From: Candidatus Saccharimonadota bacterium
GTDB lineage: Bacteria; Patescibacteriota; Saccharimonadia; Saccharimonadales; Saccharimonadaceae
DNA: 32,000 nt
Direction: 5' to 3'
NCBI GenBank assembly: GCA_001897305.1
Contig: MKSO01000001.1
Location: forward strand, 270,001-302,000
Within the stretch, counting starts at the first letter, position 1, and every line of letters starts with the position of its first letter. The position numbers were made by a program, and so were the translations under genes. The notes beneath the pieces were generated by a model that was not told the origin of the DNA, searched no databases, and saw nothing but the letters and a program-made list of their open reading frames with translations. Below are positions 1-9,130 of this stretch, piece by piece.

Positions 1-68
1 CGTTAAGCGCCGACGATGCTAATGCTGGTAGGGATCCGCAACTTGATGCCGCCCTGCAGTCGTTCTAG
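1..68 (+). CDS. C-terminal fragment of an unidentified CDS cut by the window edge
   Basis: The frame is open from the window edge (...LSADDANAGRDPQLDAALQSF) to TAG at 66-68. It is too short to identify. Confidence 0.3.
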   Translation, partial: LSADDANAGRDPQLDAALQSF

Positions 69-69
69 C

Positions 70-98
70 TTGTGCTTATCTTTGGACCGTAGTACAAT
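70..98 (+). promoter_or_regulatory. Sigma70-like promoter of the first response regulator gene
   Basis: TTGTGC (70-75), a 17-nt spacer, then TACAAT (93-98). ATG 108 lies 9 nt after the -10 with no SD. Confidence 0.45.
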
Positions 99-107
99 AC
101 AGCGTAT

Positions 108-488
108 ATGGACGCAAAAAAGAAAATCTTACTAGTAGAAGATGACGAGGCGTTGGCAAATGTCTACAAGTCGCGTCTCGACATCGAAGGCTTCGAAACA
201 GAATGGGTACCTAATGGTGAAGAGGCGCTGGCTACGGCTACACGCTACAAGCCTGATCTTATTTTGCTCGACGCCATGATGCCAAAAATCAGTGGCTTCG
301 ATGTGCTCGACATTCTTCGTAACACCCCTGAAACCGCTAATATTCACGTTATTATGCTCACGGCTCTTAGCCAGCCAAAGGACAAAGAACGTGCTGAAGC
401 ACTTGGCGTTGATGATTATCTTGTGAAATCACAGGTAGTTATTGGCGATGTTGTTGAGCGGGTGCGATATCATTTAGGGCAGTCGTAA
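108..488 (+). CDS. Stand-alone response regulator receiver (CheY-like, REC only)
   Basis: 126 aa. It has the LLVEDD acidic pocket, a phospho-acceptor Asp context (DLILLDAMMP), and conserved T and K contexts (IMLTA, DDYLVKS). There is no output domain. Confidence 0.85.
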   Translation: MDAKKKILLVEDDEALANVYKSRLDIEGFETEWVPNGEEALATATRYKPDLILLDAMMPKISGFDVLDILRNTPETANIHVIMLTALSQPKDKERAEALGVDDYLVKSQVVIGDVVERVRYHLGQS

Positions 489-524
489 GCCATATTAGAT
501 ATTAATTAACACTAAAAACAAAAA

Positions 525-1652
525 ATGACAGATATCGAATCGCAAAATCCAACACCAGAGCAAGACTTATCAAAGAAATTTCTTACCGAAGCAACCGATC
601 TTAGAGATTCCCTGACCCCTGAGACTAGCCAGTTAGTGCTTGATGCCCAAATGGACCGGTTTATATCTGGCATAGAAGATGCTTCACAGAATGGTGAGCT
701 TGTGGGCTCTACTGGAAAGCAATATAGTCTCGAAGAAATAATGGAGCGACTTGATGTTCTTCGCTCACTTATAGATGAAACGACGAAAGAGGGGCAGCCC
801 GTACCGATGACTGTTCTTCCGGTTGCGTTGAGGGACCCGTTTCGATTACTTTTAGCTAATGAAACCACTGCACAAACGTTGAAGGGCAGTATCGATACTG
901 CTGTGGCTATTTTTAAACAGGAACAGGCGGGTGTTCGTGAGCCATCTCCAAGTGTTGCTAATATACCGTTTAGTGACAAGTTTCCTCGGAAGAGTGAAGT
1001 TGGTGCCGCTAAGACTATTGTGAATCTAGAAGGCATAATGTCCGGTCAGGACGTTGCACCCAAAACTGAAGCTTACCAGTCGACTGAACGTTTTGTGGAC
1101 AAAGAAGCGCGCGAGCAAATTATCGAAGATCTTTCCGAAGAAGCAACGAATGCTTCAGGGATCGCAAACCCCATCGAGCACGAATCCGCTAAACATTTCT
1201 CGCCTGGTCAAGAAGTAAGGGTTAAGCGTAGTAGCGGAGAGTTGGAAGGTGGGTGGAAGGTAGACTTCGTTAATAAGCAAGATGGCACACTTCTTCTTGT
1301 GTCGCCTGATGGGCGTCATGAAAAGCCCTATAAAGCGAGTGAACTGCTCGTATTGAACCCATCCGGACAGACTAATGAGGTACCAGTAGCAACTCCTGAT
1401 GATATGAAAGATGACCCAGATCTCCGTATTGATGCGTTGTCGGCAAGGATGGATGATATTCGTGGTAAATTCGATGCACAAGACGCTCGCTTGCTTCATA
1501 AATTTGCTTCGGCGGTACATGAGTTTGAATTTAATTCTGCATATGGTGACATGAGCCCTGGTGCAAGGGGTGTCGCGTTGCAATACAGAGATCTTCTTGC
1601 CGAGTTGAAGCAAGCAAGGGCTGATAAGGAACAGTCAAAGGGGAGTAGATAA
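525..1652 (+). CDS. Hypothetical acidic protein (375 aa)
   Basis: Long uninterrupted ORF with coding-like composition and no recognisable catalytic motif. The leader is A-rich with no SD. A strong terminator follows. Confidence 0.55.
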   Translation: MTDIESQNPTPEQDLSKKFLTEATDLRDSLTPETSQLVLDAQMDRFISGIEDASQNGELVGSTGKQYSLEEIMERLDVLRSLIDETTKEGQPVPMTVLPVALRDPFRLLLANETTAQTLKGSIDTAVAIFKQEQAGVREPSPSVANIPFSDKFPRKSEVGAAKTIVNLEGIMSGQDVAPKTEAYQSTERFVDKEAREQIIEDLSEEATNASGIANPIEHESAKHFSPGQEVRVKRSSGELEGGWKVDFVNKQDGTLLLVSPDGRHEKPYKASELLVLNPSGQTNEVPVATPDDMKDDPDLRIDALSARMDDIRGKFDAQDARLLHKFASAVHEFEFNSAYGDMSPGARGVALQYRDLLAELKQARADKEQSKGSR

Positions 1653-1690
1653 AAATAAAACCCGTGAGGTACCTCACGGGTTTTATTTTA
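1651..1690. terminator. Bidirectional intrinsic terminator
   Basis: Perfect palindrome cccgtgaggt/acctcacggg (1661-1680), flanked by an A-run (1651-1660) and a T-run (1681-1690). It sits between convergent genes. Confidence 0.75.
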
Positions 1691-1706
1691 CTTTTGGCAA
1701 GAAGGA

Positions 1707-1979
1707 CTAGCTAACGCTTACTTGCGTACGCTGAACAGTTTTACCGGTGAAGCTGCCTTTTTTTACCTTGGCAAAGCTTACGACGCCATCTTGAGCGGCA
1801 TGAATAGTGTAGTTGCGGCTAATAAAAGTTCCAGGGCCAGCAACTTTAGTGCTACCGGTTTGGCGAACGAGAACTTCACCAGTACGAACCTTTTGGCCAC
1901 CAAAGCGCTTAACGCCAAGGCGGGCGCCAGCGTTGTTGTGGATGTTCTTACTTGAACCACCTGCTTTAACGTGTGACAT
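1707..1979 (-). CDS. rpmA: 50S ribosomal protein L27
   Basis: 90 aa with the L27 hallmark N-terminus (SHVKAGGSSKN...ARLGVKRFGGQ...VRQTGS). An AAGGAG SD lies about 9 nt upstream of the ATG. Confidence 0.95.
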   Translation of the reverse strand: MSHVKAGGSSKNIHNNAGARLGVKRFGGQKVRTGEVLVRQTGSTKVAGPGTFISRNYTIHAAQDGVVSFAKVKKGSFTGKTVQRTQVSVS

Positions 1980-2023
1980 ACTTTATTATCTCCTTATGAG
2001 CTTTTGCTCAAACAATCTGTTCA

Positions 2024-2052
2024 ATTGTACCTAAAATAACGTGAATAGTCAA
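2024..2052 (-). promoter_or_regulatory. Sigma70-like promoter of rpmA
   Basis: On the minus strand: TTGACT (2047-2052), a 17-nt spacer, then TACAAT (2024-2029). A leader of about 45 nt carries the SD. Confidence 0.55.
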
Positions 2053-2301
2053 GGGGTACGAGGGTTAAAAATTACCATTAGATTTAAAGACTATTTAATA
2101 ATTGGTATGCTAGAATACCTCCACACCTACTGTAGTTACCGTACGACTATAGGTAGTTTGTGTATACAATTCGGTATAACCTAACCCGATTACCAAAAAG
2201 TATTCGGTATGGTTAAAAAACGCGCTAACACTACTGATTCCGTCATTCAGGCTTGTTTGTGTGGGACGTATAACGTAATAGACGGACTTAGGAGATTTTC
2301 T

Positions 2302-2415
2302 ATGGCAAAACCATATAAAAATGATGACGTACTCACAACCAGGGTGGTTGTGGTGTTCTTCGTGCTTACTATATTATTAGCACTGCAAATTGGTATGCAG
2401 TTTACTGCTTGGTAA
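2302..2415 (+). CDS. Possible 37-aa small membrane protein
   Basis: MAKPYKNDDVLTTRVVVVFFVLTILLALQIGMQFTAW. An AGGAG lies 7 nt upstream of ATG 2302 and the protein has one hydrophobic helix. This start is internal to the 2209 track ORF. It is short, so the call is uncertain. Confidence 0.3.
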   Translation: MAKPYKNDDVLTTRVVVVFFVLTILLALQIGMQFTAW

Positions 2416-3586
2416 CTAGCAGTATTTCCCTGGCGACAACTTGATCTGGGCGGGCGTAAAGTAATCTGTCACTTTCGACGGTTGTTAACTTAATTCGTGT
2501 AAGCCCAAAACTATCAAGTTGTTGCGTAAGGGGGAGGTGAGTAAAGTTTCCGTTGGTATCACGCCAGGCTGGTACAGCTAGGGCGAGGCATGTACCGGTT
2601 TCTAATTGTGGTACGATATTGCGCAGAAAACTTCCAATAATATGGTTGCAATTACCACGCACTTCCGTGAGCTTGGCTTTCGAAGGCGGGGCGCTAAAAG
2701 GCTGGCCAAGATACGTCTCGGTTGCGACCGCGTCAATCGGTTGTTGCCACTGTGTAGTCATGGCGTCGCCTTCGGCTAGTTTCCAGTCAAAGCTACTGTG
2801 AGTAAGGTTTTCGAGCCAAGCGAGGTTGTCCTGGCTGTAGCGGATCATTTTTTCTGATAAATCGGTTCCGTATACTGAAGCCCCTAAAAGCGCTGCTTCT
2901 TGAAGGAGTACGCCTGTTCCACAAAAAGGGTCAAGCACTCGCAGGGTATTGTGAGCCTTGTGGAGTTCTAGCGACTTAGGTCCTAAAGCAAAATTAACCA
3001 TCATCTGGGCTAGCTTAGGTGGCAGCATGCCTACGAACGCATCGCGGCGTGGCCGGCCTTGGTCTCGAGCGGCGAGGGCGGTGATGTTTTGCGTGCCTAT
3101 ACTTTCGGCAACAATAGTGCTGTTGCGGCCTTTTATGATCAGCAATTCAACTTTTGTCGCAGATAACCCGAGTTTATTGTGGTGGGCCGTAGCGGTACTG
3201 AGCGCGGCGTCTTGATTAGGGATGAGCCGTACACTGACTGCTTGTTTTTTTAGGTTGCTTTTAACGAGTAAACCGGTTTTTTGTATCTCTCGACCTGGTA
3301 GCGTGAAGCCGTAGGCGCTTAAGCCGAGGGTTATCTTGCCCTCGGAAGTTTTCCAGGCATCAGAGTAGTGGCGAACAATACGAGTGCTGATCGTTCTCCA
3401 GTCGGTGGAAGGTATTTCAAGGCTTATGCGGCCAATTTTTTGAGAACCACCCAATCGCTGGATATCGATAACCTCATCCGTGTTAATACGAGCACTCTCG
3501 GCCGAAAACCAGCTAACGTTTGTGAAAACCCGCTCCAACTCGGCAATAGATAATTCGGGTTGGCGGCCCAGTAGAGAAATATACAT
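2402..3586 (-). CDS. Putative SAM-dependent RNA methyltransferase (UPF0020/Trm11-RlmL-like)
   Basis: 394 aa with SAM motif I (VLDPFCGTGVLLQEAALLGA) followed by YGTDL. The motif IV-like ETYLGQPF is degenerate. TATAAT lies 7 nt upstream of the ATG. Confidence 0.6.
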   Translation of the reverse strand: MYISLLGRQPELSIAELERVFTNVSWFSAESARINTDEVIDIQRLGGSQKIGRISLEIPSTDWRTISTRIVRHYSDAWKTSEGKITLGLSAYGFTLPGREIQKTGLLVKSNLKKQAVSVRLIPNQDAALSTATAHHNKLGLSATKVELLIIKGRNSTIVAESIGTQNITALAARDQGRPRRDAFVGMLPPKLAQMMVNFALGPKSLELHKAHNTLRVLDPFCGTGVLLQEAALLGASVYGTDLSEKMIRYSQDNLAWLENLTHSSFDWKLAEGDAMTTQWQQPIDAVATETYLGQPFSAPPSKAKLTEVRGNCNHIIGSFLRNIVPQLETGTCLALAVPAWRDTNGNFTHLPLTQQLDSFGLTRIKLTTVESDRLLYARPDQVVAREILLVTKQ

Positions 3587-3636
3587 AGCCCTTATTATAC
3601 AGTGGTATTAATAGATGTTGCATATATAATAAGGGT

Positions 3637-4680
3637 ATGAACGTGTCTTTTAGAGGTTGGCTGACGATTATTACGCTCGGGCTGCTTGCTATTGTGGTGG
3701 TTGCGGCTTGGCCGGAGATCGTCAAAGCATGGCTGTTGTTGGGCCAAGTTAATATTTCTATATTACTACTCTTAATTCCAGTGCAGTTTTTTAGTTACTA
3801 TGCCACAGGGGGGATGATCTTTTCATACCTTCGGGCTAAGGGTAATCTGAAAGATATGTCCCACTGGGGGACTACTCGTTTGGCGCTAGAGCTGAATTTT
3901 GTAAATCATATTTTGCCAAGTGGGGGAGCGGCCGGTTTTTCGTATCTTGCGTGGGTATTAGGGCGGCACAAAGTATCTGCGTCGCGTTCAACCATGGCGC
4001 AACTTATCCGTTTCGTGCTGACGTTCGTTAGTTTTATTATGCTGTTGGTGCTGGCGGTTATCATACTTATTTTCGAGCATCAGATTGATCGAACGATTGT
4101 GTTTATTGCCATTGCTTTGGTGGTTGGTGCGGTTGCGGTGCTTAGCTTGGTTATTTGGCTTATTAAAAGCAAACGGCACCTTGAGCGTTTCTCGGCTTGG
4201 CTGACGCGTGTGTCTAATGCCTTTGTTACCTGGATTACTCGTGGAAAGAAAAAGAACGTCGTAAAGGGCGCTATTATACTGGAATTTTTTGAAGGGTTGC
4301 ACGACGACTATTTGGCCATTCGACGCGACCGCAAAATCTTAATTGTTCCCTATATTTGGGCGACACTGGCCAATGTTCTTGACGTAGCGTTGTTATGGAT
4401 TGCTTTCTGGTCGTTAGGGTACCCGCTTGATGCGGCCTTGTTGTTTATTGCGTTTGGAGTGGCCTCGATTACCAGTGCAATCTCTGTAACTCCTGGTGGC
4501 GCAGGGGTGTACGAAGCGGTGATGGTGGCGTTCTTGGCGGCTAGTGGCGTAACGGCTGAGGTTGCGATTGCTGGTACATTGCTGGCCCGTATTACATTGC
4601 TTGCCGGCACGATTGGTTTCGGATATGTGTTCTATCAACTAACGATTCTTAAGTATGGAAAACGTACAGCTGACAGTTAG
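3637..4680 (+). CDS. Flippase-like / lysylphosphatidylglycerol-synthase TM-region family membrane protein
   Basis: 347 aa and polytopic. The C-terminal TPGGAGVYEAVMVAFL motif is typical of the UPF0104/LPG_synthase_TM family. Confidence 0.6.
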   Translation: MNVSFRGWLTIITLGLLAIVVVAAWPEIVKAWLLLGQVNISILLLLIPVQFFSYYATGGMIFSYLRAKGNLKDMSHWGTTRLALELNFVNHILPSGGAAGFSYLAWVLGRHKVSASRSTMAQLIRFVLTFVSFIMLLVLAVIILIFEHQIDRTIVFIAIALVVGAVAVLSLVIWLIKSKRHLERFSAWLTRVSNAFVTWITRGKKKNVVKGAIILEFFEGLHDDYLAIRRDRKILIVPYIWATLANVLDVALLWIAFWSLGYPLDAALLFIAFGVASITSAISVTPGGAGVYEAVMVAFLAASGVTAEVAIAGTLLARITLLAGTIGFGYVFYQLTILKYGKRTADS

Positions 4681-5749
4681 TGATTTTGTTGCTCTGGTCA
4701 ACCAAACGCTAGAGTACGCCTATCCCACGGTCACGGTTACGGGCGAGGTGGCCGAGTTTAGGGTCAGCCAGGGTAAGTGGGTCAGTTTTAAACTCAAGGA
4801 CGACGGTGCTTTAGTCGACTGTTTTATGCCGGCTTATTCGCTCCGTATTCCCATTGAAGATGGTATGAAGGTTGTGGTTGTGGCGGCTCCGCGGATTAGC
4901 CCTAAATGGGGTAAATTCAGCCTTAATATTCGTGCCGTCAAACCAGTCGGCGAAGGTTCGATTAAAAAAGGTTTCGAACTCCTGAAGGCTAAATTAGAGG
5001 CCGAAGGCTTATTTGCCCCCGAGCGCAAGCGTCCGTTGCCGCGCGTGCCATCTCGAGTGGCGGTTATTACAAGTACTGAATCGGCGGCCTATGCGGACTT
5101 TTGCAAAATTGTGAATGAGCGTTGGGGTGGCATGGATATTGAAGTAGCTCATACGCAAGTGCAAGGCGATCCAGCTGCAGATCAGATTATTCGGGCTATT
5201 AAATACTTCAATAACCTTGAACAACTCCCGGAAGTGTTGGTAATTGTTCGTGGCGGAGGAAGTGCCGAAGACCTTATGACGTTTAATGATGAATTGTTAG
5301 CCCGGGAAATTGCCGGTAGCCGTATTCCAACATTGGTCGGGGTAGGGCATGAGGTTGACCATACGTTAGCCGATATGGTGGCGGACCGACGGGCCGCTAC
5401 GCCAACAAATGCCGCCGAGATTCTTGTGCCAGACAGGCGGGAAATTATTCGAGGGGCTCATCAGCAGGCTACTTCATTGGGGCACCAGTTAGTTCAGGCG
5501 ATTGACCAATATTCGGTCCGCACTCGCGACCAGCTTGAGGCGGCGTATCGTCGCATTCGCGAGCGTTTGGATGATTCGTTCGAGCGCCTTGCGACACTAC
5601 GATTGGCGGTCGCCCAGCTTAACCCGGACACCGTATTACAGCGAGGCTACGCACTGCTACGCGGCGATGTAGCGGTGGGTAAGGCGATTGAGATTGAAAC
5701 ACACACTACAGTAATTACAGCGGAGGTACACGATGTCAGAAGCAAATAA
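4655..5749 (+). CDS. xseA: Exodeoxyribonuclease VII large subunit
   Basis: 364 aa with an N-terminal OB-fold (LTVSDFVALVNQTLE...VTGEV) and the catalytic core VIVRGGGSAEDL...GVGHEVDHTLADMVADRRAATPTNAAE. It overlaps the upstream gene by 26 nt. Confidence 0.9.
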   Translation: MENVQLTVSDFVALVNQTLEYAYPTVTVTGEVAEFRVSQGKWVSFKLKDDGALVDCFMPAYSLRIPIEDGMKVVVVAAPRISPKWGKFSLNIRAVKPVGEGSIKKGFELLKAKLEAEGLFAPERKRPLPRVPSRVAVITSTESAAYADFCKIVNERWGGMDIEVAHTQVQGDPAADQIIRAIKYFNNLEQLPEVLVIVRGGGSAEDLMTFNDELLAREIAGSRIPTLVGVGHEVDHTLADMVADRRAATPTNAAEILVPDRREIIRGAHQQATSLGHQLVQAIDQYSVRTRDQLEAAYRRIRERLDDSFERLATLRLAVAQLNPDTVLQRGYALLRGDVAVGKAIEIETHTTVITAEVHDVRSK

Positions 5750-5945
5750 CAATAAAACGGTCCAACAGAAACTATCAGAACTCTCGGAATTAGTGACCTG
5801 GTTTCAAAGCCCCGCCTTTGCGCTTGAAGAAGCGGTTACTAAATTTAAGGCGGCCGAAACGCTGGCTGAAGAAATTGAAAAAGACCTTACGAAACTGAAA
5901 AACGATATCAAAGTGGTGAAGAAGAGGTTTGATACCGAAGAATGA
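5733..5945 (+). CDS. xseB: Exodeoxyribonuclease VII small subunit
   Basis: 70-aa helical protein directly coupled to xseA (17-nt overlap). It has the typical LSELSELV...LEEAVTKFKAAETLAEE pattern. Confidence 0.85.
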   Translation: MSEANNNKTVQQKLSELSELVTWFQSPAFALEEAVTKFKAAETLAEEIEKDLTKLKNDIKVVKKRFDTEE

Positions 5946-6454
5946 TCTGGGTATATATAGCTGGTTGCGTGGCAGTGCTACTGGGTATGAGCGTCTTTTT
6001 TGGTGCGCCGTATGTTCCATCAAGGCGACGTGACCTTCGCCGATTGCTCGATACAGCTCTGCCTCTAGGTAAAACCGATGTCGTGCTTGATATCGGTAGT
6101 GGTGATGGAGTAGTGCTGCGCGAGGTGAGCCGGCGAGGTGCGAAGGCGGTTGGATATGAAATCCACCCGTTATTTGTGTGGATTTCGCGTGCACTGTCTT
6201 GGCGTGATCCGAACGTGTCGGTGCGGTGGGTGAATGGCTGGCGCGAAGCTTTTCCTGACGCCACAACAATTGTGTATGCATTTTCTGTCAGTCGCGATGG
6301 CAAGCGCTTGCAACGGGCGGTCCAGCGAGAAGCAAACCGATTGAATCGGCCCTTGAAACTTGTGTGTTATGGCAGCCCTTTGGTGGGCATTGAGCCGGTG
6401 GCGACCTTCGAAGCATATGCGATCTATGTAATCGAGCCTTTACACCTTAGCTAA
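5942..6454 (+). CDS. Class I SAM-dependent methyltransferase with an N-terminal membrane anchor
   Basis: 170 aa with an N-terminal hydrophobic helix and motif I (VLDIGSGDGVVL). It has an ATGA overlap with xseB. Confidence 0.6.
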   Translation: MIWVYIAGCVAVLLGMSVFFGAPYVPSRRRDLRRLLDTALPLGKTDVVLDIGSGDGVVLREVSRRGAKAVGYEIHPLFVWISRALSWRDPNVSVRWVNGWREAFPDATTIVYAFSVSRDGKRLQRAVQREANRLNRPLKLVCYGSPLVGIEPVATFEAYAIYVIEPLHLS

Positions 6455-6467
6455 GCGTAAGTATAAT
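6439..6467 (+). promoter_or_regulatory. Near-consensus promoter driving a leaderless start at 6475
   Basis: TTTACA (6439-6444), a 17-nt spacer, TATAAT (6462-6467), then 7 nt to ATG 6475. Confidence 0.6.
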
Positions 6468-6474
6468 AGCGCGT

Positions 6475-7254
6475 ATGAACCCCCAATCTCCTTACGAGCC
6501 ACAAGGCCAGCAGCCCCTGCCACAGCAGCCTGTTATGCAACCGCAGCCTTTCCCTGGCCAGCCAATGGGGCCGCAGCCTGGCTATACGCCAATACCACCG
6601 GTTGCACCGGCACCTATGCACGCAAAGACTTCTAAAAAGTGGCTTATTCTTACTTTTGTATTTATTTTTACAACACTTGCCGCGAGTGGCGGAGCGGTTT
6701 GGGCCTATATGAACTACCGCGATCAAAAATATAACACTGATAGCAAGGTATCAACTGCTGTAGCGGCTGCCGTTAAGACACAAGCTGATAAAGACGCCGC
6801 CGATTTTCTTGAAAAAGAGAAGCAGCCTAATCGTCAGTTTACTGGGCCTGCCGACTACGGAACGTTGTCGTTCGATTACCCTAAGACCTGGAGTGTATAT
6901 GAGGCTAAAGATGCAACCAGTGGTGGTACCTACGAGGCGTACTTTAACCCAGTGGTTGTCCCGCCGGTTTCGACCACCCAGCAATATGCACTACACGTCA
7001 CCATTGAAGACAAGGATTACGACAAGGTTGTCGATACATATAAGACACTTGTTAGTAAGGGTGATCTTGTTTCTAGCTCTTTTACGACTAACGAACAGAC
7101 TGGTACTCGCCTTGACGGCGCCTTCACAAAAGATATTCGCGGCCAAGCAGTTATATTTAAGATTCGTGATAAAACAGTCACTATTCGTTCCGACGCCTTG
7201 GTATTTAAACAAGACTTCGACGCTCTCGTAAAAACAATTAGCTTTGTAAAATAA
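6475..7254 (+). CDS. Membrane-anchored hypothetical protein with a Pro/Gln-rich N-terminus
   Basis: 259 aa. A P/Q-rich cytoplasmic head is followed by one TM helix (WLILTFVFIFTTLAASGGAVWAY) and a beta-rich extracytoplasmic domain. Confidence 0.6.
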   Translation: MNPQSPYEPQGQQPLPQQPVMQPQPFPGQPMGPQPGYTPIPPVAPAPMHAKTSKKWLILTFVFIFTTLAASGGAVWAYMNYRDQKYNTDSKVSTAVAAAVKTQADKDAADFLEKEKQPNRQFTGPADYGTLSFDYPKTWSVYEAKDATSGGTYEAYFNPVVVPPVSTTQQYALHVTIEDKDYDKVVDTYKTLVSKGDLVSSSFTTNEQTGTRLDGAFTKDIRGQAVIFKIRDKTVTIRSDALVFKQDFDALVKTISFVK

Positions 7255-7300
7255 CATCACGCTTGTCTTTGCTCTGGGTAGTATGACAGTGCTACTATAG

Positions 7301-8017
7301 ATGCATATGGATGGAGGTGATAGTAGGTACGAAGTGACGCCGCTGATTGCGGCTGCGCACGAACTCAAAGCACCGCTTGCGTTAGTGCGCCAGCTAGCCC
7401 TGCGTCTTGAGGATACGCATTTACCCAAAGCGGAACGCCAGCGACTTTTGCGCCAGACCATTCTTACTACCGAGCGTGCCCTTCGTCTTACAAGTGACCT
7501 AACAAAATCGGCTCGCCTTGAAGACGCATTGTTTACTGTAGAGCCAATAAACCCCGAGCAATTGTGCCGAGATATTGTCGCAGAGCTGACGCCATTATTT
7601 GAGGCTTATGGCCGTGAGGTCGCGATTGAAGGCCGTAAACACCCACTACTACTGGTGGCAAACCGTGACTTATTGCGACGAATCTTGCTTGGTTTTAGCG
7701 ATAACGCCCTGCGCTATAGTTTGCCTGGAACAGCTGTGCACATGCAAATAAAAGCCTTTAAAAAAGCGGGAATAGTACGGATTGGTGTTCGTGACTACGG
7801 CCCGGCCCTCTCTAGTGATATGTGGCGAAGCTTACAGAAAAAACTGCGTCATGCACCGCAAACTATTCACGCCCGCCCAGAGAGTAGTGGACTAGGACTG
7901 TATATAGCGAGCCAATTTGCCGATGCTATGAACGGTCGGATTGGGGCTATTCGCCACAAAGACGGCGCTACCTTTTACGTTGAACTACAAGCTTCAATGC
8001 AGATGAGCTTGCTATGA
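7301..8017 (+). CDS. Sensor-less soluble histidine kinase
   Basis: 238 aa with an H-box (AAHELKAPLALV), N-box (FSDNALRYS), G1 (VRDYGPAL) and G2 (GLGLYIASQFA). It has no TM or sensor domain. The start could be ATG 7307. Confidence 0.8.
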   Translation: MHMDGGDSRYEVTPLIAAAHELKAPLALVRQLALRLEDTHLPKAERQRLLRQTILTTERALRLTSDLTKSARLEDALFTVEPINPEQLCRDIVAELTPLFEAYGREVAIEGRKHPLLLVANRDLLRRILLGFSDNALRYSLPGTAVHMQIKAFKKAGIVRIGVRDYGPALSSDMWRSLQKKLRHAPQTIHARPESSGLGLYIASQFADAMNGRIGAIRHKDGATFYVELQASMQMSLL

Positions 8018-8379
8018 CGCGAGTGCTTGTTGTAGAAGATGATACTTGGTTGGCCGATAGCCACGGCGCTGTGTTGCAGAATGCGGGTTATGAAGTAGAG
8101 ACAATCCCGCACCCATTAGCAGTCATGGATGCCATTGATGCGGTATTGCCCGATGTTATTATTCTGGATGTTCTATTAGGGGGCGCCACGGCTTTTGCTT
8201 TGTTAAATGAGTTGCAATCACATAGCGATACGCAGGCCATACCCCTTGTACTATGTACTAATTTAGCGGAACAGCTGGCTGAAGTGCAGCTAGAAGCCTA
8301 CGGCGTAAAACGCATACTTGATAAAACAACTATGCACCCCGATGATATTGTGGCGGCGGTGAAGGCGGTAGCGGAGTGA
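8014..8379 (+). CDS. Stand-alone response regulator receiver (REC only)
   Basis: 121 aa with VLVVEDD, a phospho-acceptor context (VIILDVLL) and a conserved K (ILDKT). It has an ATGA overlap with the kinase gene. Confidence 0.85.
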   Translation: MTRVLVVEDDTWLADSHGAVLQNAGYEVETIPHPLAVMDAIDAVLPDVIILDVLLGGATAFALLNELQSHSDTQAIPLVLCTNLAEQLAEVQLEAYGVKRILDKTTMHPDDIVAAVKAVAE

Positions 8380-9059
8380 AAACCCACCGCACCCAAGCTG
8401 TGGTGTTACGGCGCACTAACTACGGTGAAGCTGATCGCATTTTGCAATTATTAACCCCCGATGGCCGCCGCAGCGTGATGGCTCGCGGCGTGCGCAAAGA
8501 GAAAAGCAAACTGGCTGGTGGCATTGAATTATTTGCAGTCAGCGATGTCGTACTGGGTGAGGGCAAGAGTGACCTTGGGGTGTTGACGTCGTCTAAGTTG
8601 CAGCATTTTTACCGGCATATTTTAGAAGATTACGACCGCCTGCAGTTTGGCTATCAGGTGATAAAACTCGTAGCTAGGGCAAGTGAAACAGTCGATGAGC
8701 CGGAGTGGTTTGATTTGACCGTCGAAACGCTGGCCGGACTTGATGTATTGACGATTCCTTTGCCGTTAGTGCAAACGTGGTTTTATATACGCTACGCGTC
8801 GCTGCTGGGGCATGAATTAAACCTCGAACTTGATATTGACGGAGCGCCGCTTTCAGCTGAAAGTAACTACCGCTACGATAGCGCCGAACAAGGTTTGCGG
8901 CCGGTGCAAAACGGCGAATTAACCGGGGATCATATTAAACTACTGAGGCTTATCGCTGGCCGACCACTGAGCGTGCTGGTACAAATCGGCGGGGTGGCGC
9001 CGTTATTGGGTGAGTGCTTGCGTTTGGTAGAGGCGCATGCGGCGGTAGAGATACAGTAG
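8376..9059 (+). CDS. recO: DNA repair protein RecO
   Basis: 227 aa with an N-terminal OB-fold signature (TQAVVLRRTNYGEADRILQLLTPDGRRSVMARGVRK). It has a GTGA overlap with the RR gene. Confidence 0.85.
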   Translation: MKTHRTQAVVLRRTNYGEADRILQLLTPDGRRSVMARGVRKEKSKLAGGIELFAVSDVVLGEGKSDLGVLTSSKLQHFYRHILEDYDRLQFGYQVIKLVARASETVDEPEWFDLTVETLAGLDVLTIPLPLVQTWFYIRYASLLGHELNLELDIDGAPLSAESNYRYDSAEQGLRPVQNGELTGDHIKLLRLIAGRPLSVLVQIGGVAPLLGECLRLVEAHAAVEIQ

Positions 9060-9069
9060 GAAAGTTGAA

Positions 9070-9091
9070 GGGGCCCGCTTGCGCGGGCCCC
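9070..9091 (-). terminator. GC-rich hairpin terminator downstream of GC-rich cassette A
   Basis: ggggcccgc-ttgc-gcgggcccc forms a perfect 9-bp stem. The minus-strand transcript continues into TTCAACTTT. It may also stop recO read-through. Confidence 0.55.
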
Positions 9092-9130
9092 GGAGTGATG
9101 CTTTGCGTGCTGCAGCGCGCATCACGGCGC

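Noticed and set aside
512-1036. 174-aa minus-strand ORF opposite the 525-1652 gene
   Set aside because: It is a shadow ORF with a Ser/Arg-rich product. The plus-strand frame is twice as long and ends at a strong terminator.
5790-6303. Minus-strand ORFs of 163 and 131 aa opposite xseB and the methyltransferase gene
   Set aside because: They are antisense to genes with clear motifs and give Arg/Ser/His/Pro-rich products typical of shadow ORFs.
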